Shown here: one piece after another, positions 12,161 to 25,317 of the stretch
Numbering within the stretch: the first letter of the stretch is position 1
How the letters are laid out: the number at the start of each line of letters is the position of its first letter
Assembly: GCA_002104905.1 (NCBI GenBank)
Contig: MCFE01000769.1
Location: 1 to 37,965, forward strand
DNA: 37,965 nt
Origin: Basidiobolus meristosporus CBS 931.73
Taxonomy: Eukaryota; Fungi; Basidiobolomycota
Direction: 5' to 3'
Position numbers and translations under genes: made by a program
Notes under the pieces: generated by a model
Databases searched by the model: none
What the model was told of the DNA's origin: nothing
Seen by the model: only the letters and a program-made list of their open reading frames with translations

Positions 12161-13939
12161 ATGGGTGCCAATGATCCGACCGCCAAACCATCCCAGCCGG
12201 GCCCGAGAGAGGTGAATGTGCAGCTGCCGCTTGCCCATCATGCTGCCACTTCGCCGTATACATTTGCCGAGTTTCTGAAGAATACGGTTGGTTCGGTCTT
12301 GAAGACCCTCTATTACAACTATACCATGCTCTTCTACGATCCGGTGAACTTCTTCACAACCATCCTTATTTACATCACCCTCATCATTTTGATGAGCATA
12401 GTGACCATTGTTGTGGATCTCCTCAATAAGGCCGACATCATCGAGCGTATCAGTGAAAAAATGGGTCATGGCCTAAGCTTCATCAACTGGGTAGGGAGAT
12501 ATAGCTCAGTCTTTATACTAATTGCATGCTAATCCACTTCCGAACATAGGGAAGCCCCACCATGTTCGATGAAGGTGGTGCCTACATTGAGAGAGCCTCG
12601 CTGTATCTGTCGCAGTTCTCCACAGATGAGTCCGTTTACGGAAACCAAGACGACACTGATAAGATCACGATTCAGACAAAGAATTTCAGTCCAAGCGTGG
12701 CGATGGCCTGCACACTCCTTTCTGCTCTCGTATATGAGCTAGACGATAATAAGCCAGCCGAGAAACGAAAGAGGCCTTCGATGCTTTCCTATTACGCTGC
12801 GAAGTGGAATCTGAACTTCGTCAAAGCTAGTGAGATGAAGGTGGTTGGTGGTGGCCCGTATTGTGGGGTCTTCGTCGGGATGAGGCCCAGGCCATACATG
12901 GTTGTTGTTTTCAAGGGTTGGTTATGGCATTGATCCACTCTCGGACTGTACTGATATATCTTTGCTTCAGGCACAAGCCCATTCGATTCTGCTGAATGGC
13001 TCTCTGACGCCACTTTAACGCGCACGCAAGCCAGCTCCTATGTGTACGGTGAGGTGCACTCTGGGTTTTTCAACAAACTGTTCCCTCAGCAATCGGCAAT
13101 AGGAAGGGTGAAGAGATCAAGTCCCTATGCTGAGATCATCCATTGTATCTCCCAAAAAGCTAAGGAATTCCAGACCGAAGGCTCGATCACTGAAATCCCA
13201 CTGTGGGTGACTGGCCACTCCTTAGGTGCTGCCTTGGCGAGTCTTTTCTTTGCTAGATTACTGAAAAGTAAAGATGATCTTGATTATGCAACAACTGGTT
13301 TGGTTCTCAAGGATGGTTACACATTTGGGTGCCCCGCATTAGGTACAGTTCAGCAGATTCGGAGTGGAGATCCATTCACTATCCATGAGATGGCTAACCC
13401 TACTTTGGAACCTAGGTGATGGCCGTTTTGCCAGCGAGTTCGCCTCCCAAACTAATTTGCCACTGAACAACCAGTCTACTCTTTGGCGAGTTGTCAACGA
13501 TGCGGATATTGTAGCCCGTATTCCCCCAGGAAATGATGATCTTGATACACTGCGGTTCTTCACATCTGCTGATTTCACCAATTACGCACACATTGGTCAA
13601 TCACTGCGTTTGTTCACCGACGGTAGAAACCCCGCTCTGCAACCTACTCGCTTCTCCTCTACCCTCTTCATCCCGAACATCGAGATCGGAGACAGAGGGT
13701 CACTGCTACTAAAGTGCTGGCATTTCGTCAGGGATTTCTTGCCCGTTGGTCTAACCAATGACTATCGTCCACTGCGAGAGAAGAATGTGATCACCATCGG
13801 TGAGCTTTTCATTCCCAAGATCTTTGCAGATCATTACCCCAGCCGATATTTCTGGAGCCTGCAGAAATCCCTGCGTTTCTTAACCAAGACCGGTACAACA
13901 CAGCCCTCCCCAAGCGAGAAATTGGATGCGCCAAACTGA
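12161..13939 (+). CDS. Class 3 lipase with N-terminal hydrophobic helix, ~530 aa, 4 exons (12161-12490, 12550-12916, 12971-13342, 13416-13939)
   Basis: VVVFKGT, VHSGF, nucleophile LWVTGHSLG, TFG.PALGD..FA, DIVARIPP and C-terminal DHYP. Three GT-AG introns with branch-like CTAAT/CTGAT/CTAAC restore a single frame. Confidence 0.92.
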
Positions 13940-16900
13940 GAGGCTGCCCCCTGCTATTGTTATCACTCGTATAGCCCTTGTGCACCCAACATATTGGGAA
14001 CGTCTAGCCATATGTATCATTGGTACCATTCGCAAAACAAGGTTGCTAGATGCAAGTTATCCAACAACTTATTCCAAAAGATATTCAATAAATCACTATC
14101 CCATAAGATACATGATGGTTTTTTCGGCGCTCCTGTCGATGTGGTTCATGGCGTGGCTAGAGGTAAGTGCAAGATTCTCTGGATGTTGTGGAGAGATTGG
14201 GCTAAGCTAGGACCACTTCGTTTGCATGTCGCACAAAGTGGTATTGTGTGGGTTGTGTTTGCTTCCATGGCTGTAACAATTAATAATTGCCACATCTATC
14301 TTGTGTGTGGGTGTAGGTTTCACCAGAGGGATGCTTATTTTGGCAAAGATAACCTTGAACTACCCCCAAAACGGCTTGTAAACCACGTCTCAAGATCACT
14401 TCTGTTCACTTGATTATACATGCATCAAGAGGAGTGGCTTAGCTGGAAAACAAGATCGTTGCGTTACGTCAACAGGATGCGCAATTTTGGATAGACGGGT
14501 TGATTCATTGATCACAACAATCCGACTGAGATCATCAAACGTTGAGGGCCACCTCAATAACCAGAGCACAACCATGCATTCCACTACACCAACCGGTTAA
14601 GCCACCAGCCGTCATACGCACTACCTTGGCGTAATGTATTGTTTCTCACCTGAGTTCCAAATATGGCCTCGTCGCTCTGCTTTCCAAGAATGGTTAAGAA
14701 TCTTCAGCTGCAGCTATCTTTCACTAGCCATTCTTACCACCACCTTGCTATCCTTTGTTCCCTTTTTTACTCCGCTGGCATTATTAAGTCTGGCCGGAAG
14801 CAGATACATTGCTATATTTGGTCAGATCTATCAAGGATTGTGAATGGTCGATTGACGGACAATGGTCGACATGTGAACCTGATTTGTGATGTGTGAACTT
14901 CCACGAAACCCAACAATGATCTTGGGGTGAACTGGCTCTGTGTAATAGTCGTGATTGTTCTTCCGGCAGGGAGTCGCCGGGCACTCTTGATCCTGGCTCA
15001 GTCACCCCCGAAGCTCTTCACCATATATCTGAGCATTTCTGCAGAAATGCATGATCAGGATCAATTTGTTGGTAAGGTTACACACAGCCAGATGAATGGA
15101 AGCACTGCCATGCCGTACGTGTATTACACCCTCTCCAATGGAGCTTGGATGGTCTGTTTCCTTGTCATGCACAAGGGGCAGCACCCGGTCAGGAGTGACT
15201 CATTAGCTTTGGTAATCTTTACTTAAAGCGGTGCTGACAGGTCCAAAACCTTCAATCGGGCTTGCATGTTGCTTGTCAATTGCTCTCCTTCCCTTTCCAT
15301 GGCTGTCTTGCCCATTATTTCTCGGCTGGGTATGACGAACTGGCGTTATAATAGGGATCAATGCTAAACCTGATGACTAGATGACTCATATCTTGCTGGG
15401 GATACTAGTTGGAAATCGGCCTGATGGAAGCATAGCTGACAATCCCAAGGAATGTTAGTTACTCTGGAATTTCGCCAATGCTCTAGCTGATTAGTAATCG
15501 CCGTGAGTGTCTGACGCCACTGCAGGCAAGCACTTCTGACGAAAGTCCATCATCGCCAGCATGGGGATGAGTGATGTGTGTCACCGCCGGTGTGGTGGTG
15601 TACCCACATCATTTCCCATCGTTGAGTCGGACTCACCCACATGAACTGGATTTTAGCAAACATGCAATATATGTGAGATGGTGCTCCGTTGGTTGAGTGT
15701 GGATAGCGAACCACACCCTTTGTCTGTAGTTTAAAGGATAAGCCACCATTATCCTAGTTTCAGAATATAAACAATCGCCTTTGTTAGATGCATGGAATAG
15801 TTGGGCATTTTCCCAGCTGATGCATCACTATTAGCTGTATCGAGAATTAGGCCCCTGGTGACCAGAGCACCCTTCACAATGACAAATACAAAACATTAGC
15901 TCATAAGTTTCATCGGGCTCTAAGGCGCTGAAAAGCAGGGATCCTCGACTCCCTAGCTCTTGTGTGCCCTGAGAATACGTGGAGACTTGATAGGACCTTG
16001 TAAGAGTGGAATGATAAATTGTTCTGAAACATTGCCAGATTTCTCAAATATATGCGGGTGGCTTATCTCCAAGCCTAGAAATGATCAATAGTGTTATTTA
16101 CATTATGTTCAAAAATTTGGCGTGTTGAATGGTCACTGGATACTGTGACATCCAAATCTCCAATAGCATTAGATCCACAACAGCATCCTATCACATGCCT
16201 CCGTTAACCTCGGCTTGGTATTTATATACATTTTCTTCAATTTCAGCAAAAATGAGGAATTGCACATGAACCCTGTTTAAGAATTTGATGCGTATTCTTG
16301 GCAAACAATGCAGAGGGAGAGTCAACGCCTATCGAAAGCTCTGTTAATCGTTAAGATGATGAGGAAAATTACCCAACGTTGTATGTGCTATATAGATCCT
16401 CTATTTGCAACCCTGAATATGTAATCTCTATAATACCGCCACCATTATCCCATCTAGCTTACTATAGAAGGGAGCGATCTCCCCCAGACCATGACTCAGC
16501 CATTGGTACTCAATATGCCACAAAAAGATGAGCAATATCAATCTGTTCGAATAACTGACTTTTTGGGCACGTAAGCGCTGCAGCATCTAGAGGTACGTAC
16601 GCAAATTTACAGCCATCCTTCCTTGTGGCACCCTCACAAGAGTTAAGGGCCATAGCGCGACCAAAACTGATTTTCCGACTAGCCTGGTTTATTCAGGAAT
16701 CATGCGGTATGACTGATGCATCCCAATCACATTCGTTTGCGATTTACATTTGGTACTAATGCACCGCACCAAATCCTAAGAGTCCATGGAGTATTGTGGC
16801 TTGTATGGCAGGTAAATACTGCTGGTAAATCACTTTTGAAAGATTTTGGAGAATTCCTGGCTACATTATTGATTATTACTGATCCCAGCCAACCATGTGC

Positions 16901-17989
16901 TATATTCTTTAGGCTAGCGACCAAGTTATTGAAATGAGCAAAAGTTTCAAGCTCCTCGGATTGGTCTCAAACCTTGAAGCATTCTTATGATTAGATCTGA
17001 AGGGTTATATTTATTTTGATTTATTGCAGTAATCAAAACTAACCAGATTATTTCGCCTAGTGGATACTGAAAGATGAGCTCAACAAATTAATATATTTCC
17101 AAATGCCCATCAGCTCCAAATGAAGTAAAGCCAGTCAGATCTTGAGTGAGAATAGTCAGCCGCTTGGTTATATAGCTCAGACTTAGCCTATATATAACTG
17201 AATTAGCACACACTTTGCATAATCTGCACCATACAGAGAAATGTATGTTTGATATGAGTGAGGAATTTGGCACAACTTTAAGATTACCCATATTCCAGGG
17301 ACTAGATATTTTGGCACAGTGCTCCAATTAATTCTCAGCAGTAAGTTTGAGTACATTACTCTACCTTTTGTAGGCTGTGATCACAATGAGTTAGTGAATA
17401 GAATATCCAGGTGTGGCTATAAATTAACAACATCTTATGCAGTATGTTAATGTTCAACTGTTATCAATAAAGAAGAAACAATGTCAGTACCAACAGTCTC
17501 AATATTCAGTAGTTCAGTAGTACATTTGAGCTACTCTGGATAGGTACTCTGTTATTATGGTGCACCTATACCCAGCAAACAGGTGTAAGGTTATATTGTA
17601 AACTTCTAATAATATCACGTATTGTCTTGCAATAAAAATGTTGGAAAGTCATTGGGTAAACTTAAACCCTTGAGGAGCTTTCCTAACTATCCCTGAGACA
17701 AAACTTAAGAAAAGGCTGGCTGAGTGCCTGCATTATTTGCTGACTCCTGGTGTCTGGAAATACTAACTCCTAATTTTTCAGGCACCAGCTATTTGGCAGA
17801 CAAGTGCACATATTTTCCAGGCAGAGACTAAGACATCAAGCATTCATACCAATTATAGTACTCAGCTCCCTACTATACTGACCAAAAGTTACAACTGCAA
17901 ATGAGAAGGAAAAAGCCAGCTGAGTTCTGGTAAAGTGCCATTAGAATACTAGCTCAACACCAGCAGACTAGCAGGTAGGTTCCAAATCT

Positions 17990-18530
17990 GGCATTTTCAT
18001 ATGTAGCTTCTTTATTTTTTAGCTACAGTCTTATCTGAGCATTCAGCATCGGTAGTTCAAGTTGCCATATTTGCCTATTTAGGCATATATCAAAATACCT
18101 CTCCATTAGGGTAAAATATTTGCATCTTGTTCACACTCAACCATCTGCCTATCATAATAATGCCATAAGCAAATATGTCTCCATCAACATAACTGTGCTT
18201 TCAATCTTTGCCTCTCTTATATTGTCCTGTGTATGTCTATTCTGTGCAACAGGAACTCATATGAGTATAAACTCTCCAAGAGACTTCTTTAAGGTTATGC
18301 TAAGACCTAATCTTCTGAGTAATATGCTGCTGACTACATCCATAAAGTGTCTAACTAAATGTTTGAAGGGAAAGCCCCAGCTGAAAGCCAGAACAGTATC
18401 ATCAGAATGCTAGATATTCTTCAAGTGAGTGCCAAGAGTGATATTGTTCATTGCACAAGAGGTGCCATGTTGCCAGTCCTGCCATATTTCAGGGACATTA
18501 TATCCTAGGTAATCATAAATTATCAAATGA
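17990..18530 (-). pseudogene. Highly degenerate non-LTR reverse transcriptase relic
   Basis: The minus strand reads CTA GCA TTC T GAT GAT ACT GTT CTG GCT (LAF[A]DDTVLA with a deletion, ~18385-18412). It is followed by RRLGLSITLKKS, resembling RT motifs C and D. Confidence 0.45.
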
Positions 18531-18585
18531 AGTATAGTCCAATAAGTTAAAATATAAAATATGGATCCATTCATAGAAGCCCAAA

Positions 18586-19370
18586 TGTTTTAAGAGTTTT
18601 GGTGATATTGGAATATAATGGGAGATCAAGTAGACTATATGGCTCTTACTTAATGATTTATTAAGTGTAAAGTGAAATTGTACTTCTACATGGCCTTGGC
18701 AAGGCAAACACACAGAATTTGATAAGAAAGGTCCCATGTGCATTTGTGCAAAAGTGGCATTAATACTTTTACATGGTCTTAGCATAAAAAGTACATAGTG
18801 TTGTAAAAATTCGTAATTCCACCCAAATATTCACCCAACTTAGTCACTTAGATCATTACCCTCAAATCCTAGAGAATACTGACCAAATTCCTTGTCGGGA
18901 TTTACTTAGAATATTTTCACCAAAATACCAGGTACCCAGAACATGAAAATTCTCAAAGTTGTCCAAACAGCCCCAAACTTTGCACACATGCTCTTGGGAC
19001 CTTCCTTAACCTATTCTAAGTGTTTGTAATGCCAAGACCAGGTAAAAGTATATATACTACTTTTACATTCAATAAATCATTAAGTGAAAACCACATAATC
19101 TACTTGTCCTCCCAATCACTTCCAATATCTCCAAGACTCTTACAACACATAGAATAGGTCTAGTAAGCCCTCACAAACATGTGTGCAAAGTTTGTGGCTG
19201 TTTAGACAACTTTCAGAAATTTCATGATACGGGTTCATGATGCTTTAGTGAAAATGCTAAAAGTAAGTATTGGCAAGAAAATTAGTCAGAGTCACTCTAA
19301 GATCTGAACGTAATGATCTAAGTGACTAAGCTAGGTGAATACCCAGGTAGAATTATGAACTTTCACATCA
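18586..19370 (-). repeat. Old diverged Copia LTR (minus) interrupted by a younger solo LTR
   Basis: Both flanks of the 18799-19147 insert align to the reverse complement of the 1828-2176 LTR. Confidence 0.75.
18799..19147 (+). mobile_element. Copia solo LTR with 5-bp TSD CATAG
   Basis: TGTTGTAA...TTACAACA, 349 bp. About 95% identical to 1828-2176 by hand count. CATAG at 18794-18798 and 19148-19152. Confidence 0.96.
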
Positions 19371-19411
19371 TTCAGTTTAATATTCAAATTAACTAATCCT
19401 CATTGCAATCA

Positions 19412-20111
19412 TATTGTGAAAATTTGCAGTTCCTCCTGAATATGCAACCAACTCAGTCACATCTATCTTTACTTACAAACTCTAGAAAATACTGACAAGA
19501 CTTCTTATTGGGATTTACTTGGAATATTTACACCAAAATATCATGTACCCGGATCATGAAATTTGTCAAAGTTGTCCAAACAGCCCCAAACTTTGCACAC
19601 ATGCTCTTGGGACCTTGCCAAACCTATTCTACATGCTTGTTATGCTTGTTGTAAAATTTGTAATTCCACCTAAATATTCCCCTAACTTAGTCACTTTGAT
19701 CATTACCTATACTTTCAGAGAATACAGACCAAATTCCTTATTGGGATTTACTTTGAATATTTTCACCAAAATCTCTGGTATTCAGAACATAAAAATTATT
19801 GAAGTTGTTCAAACATCCCCAAACCTTGCACACATGTTATTGGGTCCTTCCTAAACCTATTTTATGTGTTTGCTGTACTAAGACCATGTAAAATATAAAT
19901 ACTACTTTTATGTTGAATAAATCATTAAGTGAAAACCGCATACTCTTCTTGTCCTCCTAATTACTTCCAATATCTCCAAGACTCTTACAACAATGCTAAG
20001 TCTATGTGTAAGTATAAATACTACTTTTAAGTTCAATAAATCATTAAGTGAAAGTTACATTAACAATTTTTTCTCCTAATTACCTTGGATATCTCCAAGA
20101 CTCTTACAACC
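19412..20111 (+). repeat. Old diverged Copia LTR (plus) interrupted by a younger solo LTR
   Basis: 19412-19641 matches the LTR 5' half and 19998-20111 the 3' half (ends CTCTTACAACC). Confidence 0.75.
19647..19992 (+). mobile_element. Copia solo LTR with 5-bp TSD ATGCT
   Basis: TGTTGTAA...TTACAACA. ATGCT at 19642-19646 and 19993-19997. Confidence 0.93.
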
Positions 20112-21280
20112 ATTGTGAGGTACTCAAGCTTATCTTTAGCCCATGGTCTGGTAAATATGACTGCAATCATTTCATTTATGGGACAGTGAATAACCTAACC
20201 AAGTGTTTCCCTATAGCTACATGTATAAATTGATGTCTACATCCATGTGTTTAGCTGTGGCATGAAAAGCAAGATTTTACCTCATTATACACATCACTAA
20301 TTATCTTGAAATAATGCAATAGGAGCTCTTTGGCATAAGCCCAAGTCTTTAAAAAGCTATCTTAGCTATATTGTTACTTTCTTAGCTTCACAGGCTGCCA
20401 TATACTCCACCGCTGTGGTGGAAAGTGCTAAGGTTGGATACTCTGTTGAGTTCTTTGAGGTTGCAAAGGCAAATTCTGTGGTGGATCCTCTTTCTTCTAA
20501 GTTTTGTCCCCAATCTGCATCCAAGTTTCCACAAGATTCTGTTCTGGGTACTTATAGCTGTACATAAAGCAGACATTAGTGGCTGATTTTAAGCATTTTG
20601 AAATCTGCTTTACTGCAACAATATGTTTGGATCTATAGTTTTTATAATGCTGATTGAGAACTCCCAATGAATATGAGATATCTAGGCATGTTTATCACAT
20701 AAGATACATCAAACTGGTGGCCATATATTTGTAAGGGAGCTCTCTGCACTCAGATGGCTCCAAGCTATATTGATTTGTGTGAGTTCTAACCAAGCTGAGA
20801 TTTGTTGCCACTGGGGTTACAGCAAGTTTACAGTCTTTCATTTAGTACTTCTTGAGAATATCTTGAGTATATTTGGACTGCCTTGGGGTGGTTACCTGAG
20901 TATCTCTGTATATGGAGAATTTTATCCCTAAGTGGTAATTGAGCTATCTAAGATTAGACATTTTCAGCTTCTTCAACAGGCTAGAGTTAGTGTCTTCTTA
21001 TATTTTATTGCTATTGATGGCTCTACTGAGATAATCCATATTAAGAGAGAATAGAACTGGATTTGCTATGTCTGAATTATAATAGATACCATTGCTGGCA
21101 GTACTTCTCCAGATACTCAACAATTCTGATAAAAATATACTGTTCAGTTTCAGGCTCTTGGAGATTATCCAATGACTATGCTGACATTTTTTAAGCTTGC
21201 AGACCACCTGGGATAAGCATAATAAGTAGGCCCATTGGGCTGGTCCATGGTTATTTCCTCATTAAGTTTGTTGCTCATGA
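20112..21280 (-). pseudogene. Degenerate Copia RT/RNase H relic
   Basis: Minus-strand fragments LNEEITMDQPNG, VCKLKK, LALSTT.VEYMAACEAKK and EMIAVIFTRPWAKDKLEYL parallel the 539-1816 protein. Confidence 0.8.
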
Positions 21281-21730
21281 TGTTTTAAGAGTCTTGGAGA
21301 TATTGGAAGTCTTCTGGGAGGACAAGTTGATTATGTGGTTCTCACATAATGATTTATTGAATGTAAAAGTAGTATTTATACTTTTACATAATCTTTACAT
21401 AAAAAGCACATAGAATAGGTTAAGGAAGGTCCCAAGAACATGTGTGCAAAGTTTGGGGCTGTATGGACAACTTTCAGAATTTTCATGATCTGCGTATCTG
21501 GTATTTTGGTGAAAATATTCCAAGTAAATACCAACAAGGAATTTGGTCAGTATTCTCTAGAATTCAACAACTTTGAGAATTTTCATGTTCTGGGTACCTG
21601 GTATTTTGGTGAAAATATTCCAAGTAAATCCCAACAAGGAATTTGGTCAGTATTCCCTAGGACCTTAAGGTAATTATCTAAGTGACTAAGTTTGGTGAAT
21701 ATTTTGGTGGAATTACAAATTTTTACAACA
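21281..21730 (-). repeat. Copia LTR (minus) with a 100-bp internal tandem duplication
   Basis: TGTTTTAAGAGTC...TTTTACAACA, 450 bp. The block 21468-21560 is repeated at 21568-21660. Confidence 0.9.
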
Positions 21731-21734
21731 GGCA

Positions 21735-22210
21735 GCACATATAGGTAGAGTATGTTTAGGAAGGACTCAACAACATGTGTGCAAGGTCTGGGGCTGTTTG
21801 GAGGCTTTGAAATCTTAACTTACTGTGTACCAGCTATGTTGGCAAAGATATTCAAAGTAAATCCCAACCAGGAATTTGGTCAGTATTCTCTAAGATTTGT
21901 AGGTAATGATTTAAGTGACCAAGTCAGGGGAATATTTAGGTGGAATTATAAATTTTTACAACAATTAGATCCACCCAACTCTCCAGCAGAGGTGAAAGTC
22001 TCAGTATCAGCAATAGTAGATATTCCAGAGAGTGACAGCTTAAAGTTTGGAGCTGTTTGGGCATTTTCAAGATTCTTCATGTTGTGTGTATTTGACATTT
22101 GGTGACAATACAACAAGTAAATCCCAACAAGGAAATTGGCTAGAATTATCTAGGATTTGTAGGCTGTGATCTAGCTGACAAAGTTAAGTGAATATTCAAA
22201 ATTTACAACA
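21735..22210 (-). repeat. Two further partial Copia LTRs (~21735-21963 and ~22040-22210)
   Basis: Each aligns to the 5' half of the LTR in reverse orientation and ends in TTTACAACA. Confidence 0.8.
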
Positions 22211-24072
22211 GATGGAAGGTCAAATGGCTTTACACTTTAAGATCTTGGCAAAAATCCAGCCATGCTTGCTAAAAGTATGAATGCTTTATTACTATTGCCA
22301 GTCCAGGCTTCAGAGTTAATGACGCACCAAAGCCCAGTAAAAATTTCGAATGTATTGGTCAAATGTGTACCATTGGAATTTCGTCAAATTGGGAATGCTC
22401 ATCAACCATGGATTGCGAGTCCATCTAAAGCAATCCGTTGATGAATCGTCAGTGCGTTACCCGATATGACATGAAATAAATCAAGGAATTCTACGACTCG
22501 AGGGCCCGAAGTACCTCACCGCAATTAGGCACCCCGAATCCTGGCCGACGTTTAGTTACCAACGTTTCCATAATCATGGAGAGCCGACAAAAATGACCCA
22601 CCAAGCTCATCTCGAAACAAGTTCCAACCGATATTTGGTAATCCAGGCGTGAGCTAAATAAAATCTCGATGAATGATTGGGCACATGAGCGATTGTTTAC
22701 AGCCAGTGCAAGGCTTTGTACGCAGCACAAGGACAGTCAACTATGTTGAAATCGAAATCCATCGGAGCAACAATTATGTATGGATGCCAATATTGGGAAA
22801 TGCCAATGTTTCGAAAATACTGGGCCTTCAGGACTTGTAGCTCAATAAACCTATGTCCAGTACATAACTCACGAAATCCATGTCAGCCATGTAAATTGTA
22901 TGATGTAGTTACCATGACTCGTATCGTTGATCCTCATATGCGCTTTTGATTTCAGCAGGCTCCATCATACAATAATGATCCGCTGGATACGACCAATCAC
23001 TTTGACTGACGTAGTTAGGGTTAGTGCTAGTGATAGCGTCATCACGAATTAGTTAAATTCAATCCATCAGGTTGTATAATTCATCGCGAGGATCGCATCA
23101 AAGTTATGAAACTTTGGGCTTCAACGATGATCCAGAATTCAGTCCAAAATGCCAAATATGACTATTACACGTTGCGCTAAATGCTACGAATAGCAAAAGT
23201 ATTGCTAGGACGCATTTGATTGGCAGGATCCCATGATTGAGTTTTCGCTTGGATGGGAAGCAATAGAAAGCCTTTGCTGCTCTTGCAAAGCGTAGATCAA
23301 ACAATCACATCGCAGATCCTCGCATCAGTTGAAGTTTACGAAACGCGAAGCTAGGGCGATGTATGGCAAATATCGAAACATCACGTCATGAATGTTAGGT
23401 TAATCTGTTCGAGGATGATACAGCTTGGCATAGGTGTGGACGCGATTCGATGAGCAATTTCGGAAGCGTTCGCGTCGTAGGCAAAGTGACCATCTTTTCC
23501 CACACGGTTCCTCGATCCTCTGTCGATGCGCCAAGATATACGCGACGTGATCGATATCCGAGAATCGAGCTACTTTGACCAAAGAGGGTGGACGGTGAGC
23601 AACTTGATTGGGCATTATCAGCATTAGGGCATATGCTAATCCTCCAATTTAGAAAAACGCACTGAACCCGCGTCGAAGCACACATAAGGCCCAAAAGTGG
23701 ACAGGATAAGGTTTGCCACCCGCATCGTAATTTCGTCTTGATTGAGCATATCAGCTTCTGGGTATAGCTTCCATCGATTCAATGATTGTGAGGCATACCT
23801 GATCTAGCTAATCATAGGAAACTCCTGGATGGAGTCTCTACGCATTTGGGATCACGAAACTGAAACAAGGCAATTTGGGAGGTCCCATCAACCACAAACC
23901 CAAGCAGTTCCTTTTAAATCATCTAGTCTTAATTATAGCGCGCCGGACTAGGTGGTTAAGCCACTTCCATGTTGCTATCGATTTTGCGCACCTCTACCGT
24001 GTGTGTATATAAGCAATCCGGCCCGCTCTACGTCGACAGTAACCGGTTTGGTCTTTACTTATTTCCTCGGCA

Positions 24073-24516
24073 ATGAACTCCATCTTCACATTCGTCTTGG
24101 CTGCACTTGCTTCCCAGATCGTTGCTCAGCCTACTGAGGCTCCTGTGTGCCCTGATTGGTCGGTTGCTCCCCTGCAACATCGCTGGAGCCACGCGGATAC
24201 CTTTGTTGCAAATGATCCAGTCATTCTCCGGTGGAACACCACCAACGGCAACCTTGAGTACATCCAAGATGTTGCACTATTCAGCGCCAATAACAACGAG
24301 TTTCTCCACACCCAGTATCGCAGCTACCCTGGGGCTGTTGCCACCACTGGAGAGCTCTCTTTCGCACTGAGCGTGCCTCTCTGCTTGCAACGGGAGGGTG
24401 TGTACTATCTTGGCGTATATGGCACCACGTTGGAAGGCGACAGCTGCTTCAAGAAGTCCCCTGATTTTCAACTTACTGCTGATCCACAGGGTGACTACAG
24501 TGTTTGTTATTTGTAA
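24073..24516 (+). CDS. Small secreted protein, 147 aa, 4 Cys
   Basis: Signal-peptide-like MNSIFTFVLAALASQIVA-Q. TATATAA at 24006-24012. Coding-like codon usage. The beta-rich pattern (ILRWN, YYLGVY, SPDFQL) suggests an Ig-like/Kre9-N-like fold (inference). Confidence 0.85.
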   Translation: MNSIFTFVLAALASQIVAQPTEAPVCPDWSVAPLQHRWSHADTFVANDPVILRWNTTNGNLEYIQDVALFSANNNEFLHTQYRSYPGAVATTGELSFALSVPLCLQREGVYYLGVYGTTLEGDSCFKKSPDFQLTADPQGDYSVCYL

Positions 24517-25317
24517 TTTATTTGATCGTGCTTGGTCCCGTGACCGCTCACAGATTAGTGTATGTATTATTCAGAATTGTAACATTAAAATTTCGAAATC
24601 TACTTGTCCCACGAATTCCGCCTTGCTGAGGTTTCAAACAACCGGCAGGTATTTACCATATTGTGACGTTTTGCATTAGCGTTGGAAAGCGCGGTTCTAT
24701 TGGGCCAGATCGGCATCTTCATGGTGGTCAAGGCCAGGCTTGGCTTGGATTCAGGGGGCGTGGCGTCAATGGATTGAATGGCGGTTTCCGAGACAAGCCC
24801 CTCCCCGCTGGACGCCTTGGGTCTCGGGGGATTTGAACTGGTCTGGCCTAACCATTACAGCACCCGATCTGGTTTGGCCAGTGGCCCTCATGACCCGGGA
24901 TTGCACAACGATGGAATTCCAGAAGATAATTTGGTGGAAGTTCGTACCACAATCAAACGGTGGCCGCTCATAAATAGGTGCTGCGGCTGCCAATGGTTGA
25001 TACATCTCAGGGAGTGGGGTCTTGAAAATCGGGCCGCTCTCCAAATGCGCCACCCTGAAATACCCATCCGTCTTAAAACTTGTTATCGCCTAGCTCGATC
25101 TCCAGCTTGGGCTTGGTCATTGCTGCCGGAATGCACTTTTGACGTAATCGACCAAGCTGTACAATCCCCGTATAACCTACAACTTCATTGGATTAGGCCC
25201 GAGTCAGCATAAGCGATGAGGTATGTCTGATCCTTACTCTGTACAGTAAACGAGGATTTCGCATATAAGCACGTATTCTGCTCAGCCAGCCCTATATTCT
25301 TCTCTACTTCAAACAAT

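Noticed and set aside
13990-15230. Membrane-protein-like or lipase-like fragments (KIHDGFF, LENKIVALRQQDAQFWID)
   Set aside because: Multiple stops and no coherent family. It may be a pseudogene but I cannot support an identity.
19519-19854. ORFs inside LTRs (also 21440-21673, 21752-22105, 26954-27244)
   Set aside because: Chance frames within non-coding LTR sequence.
23400-23624. GNAT-like start VKVARFSDIDHVAYIL
   Set aside because: No acetyl-CoA motif A follows, and another frame looks equally protein-like.
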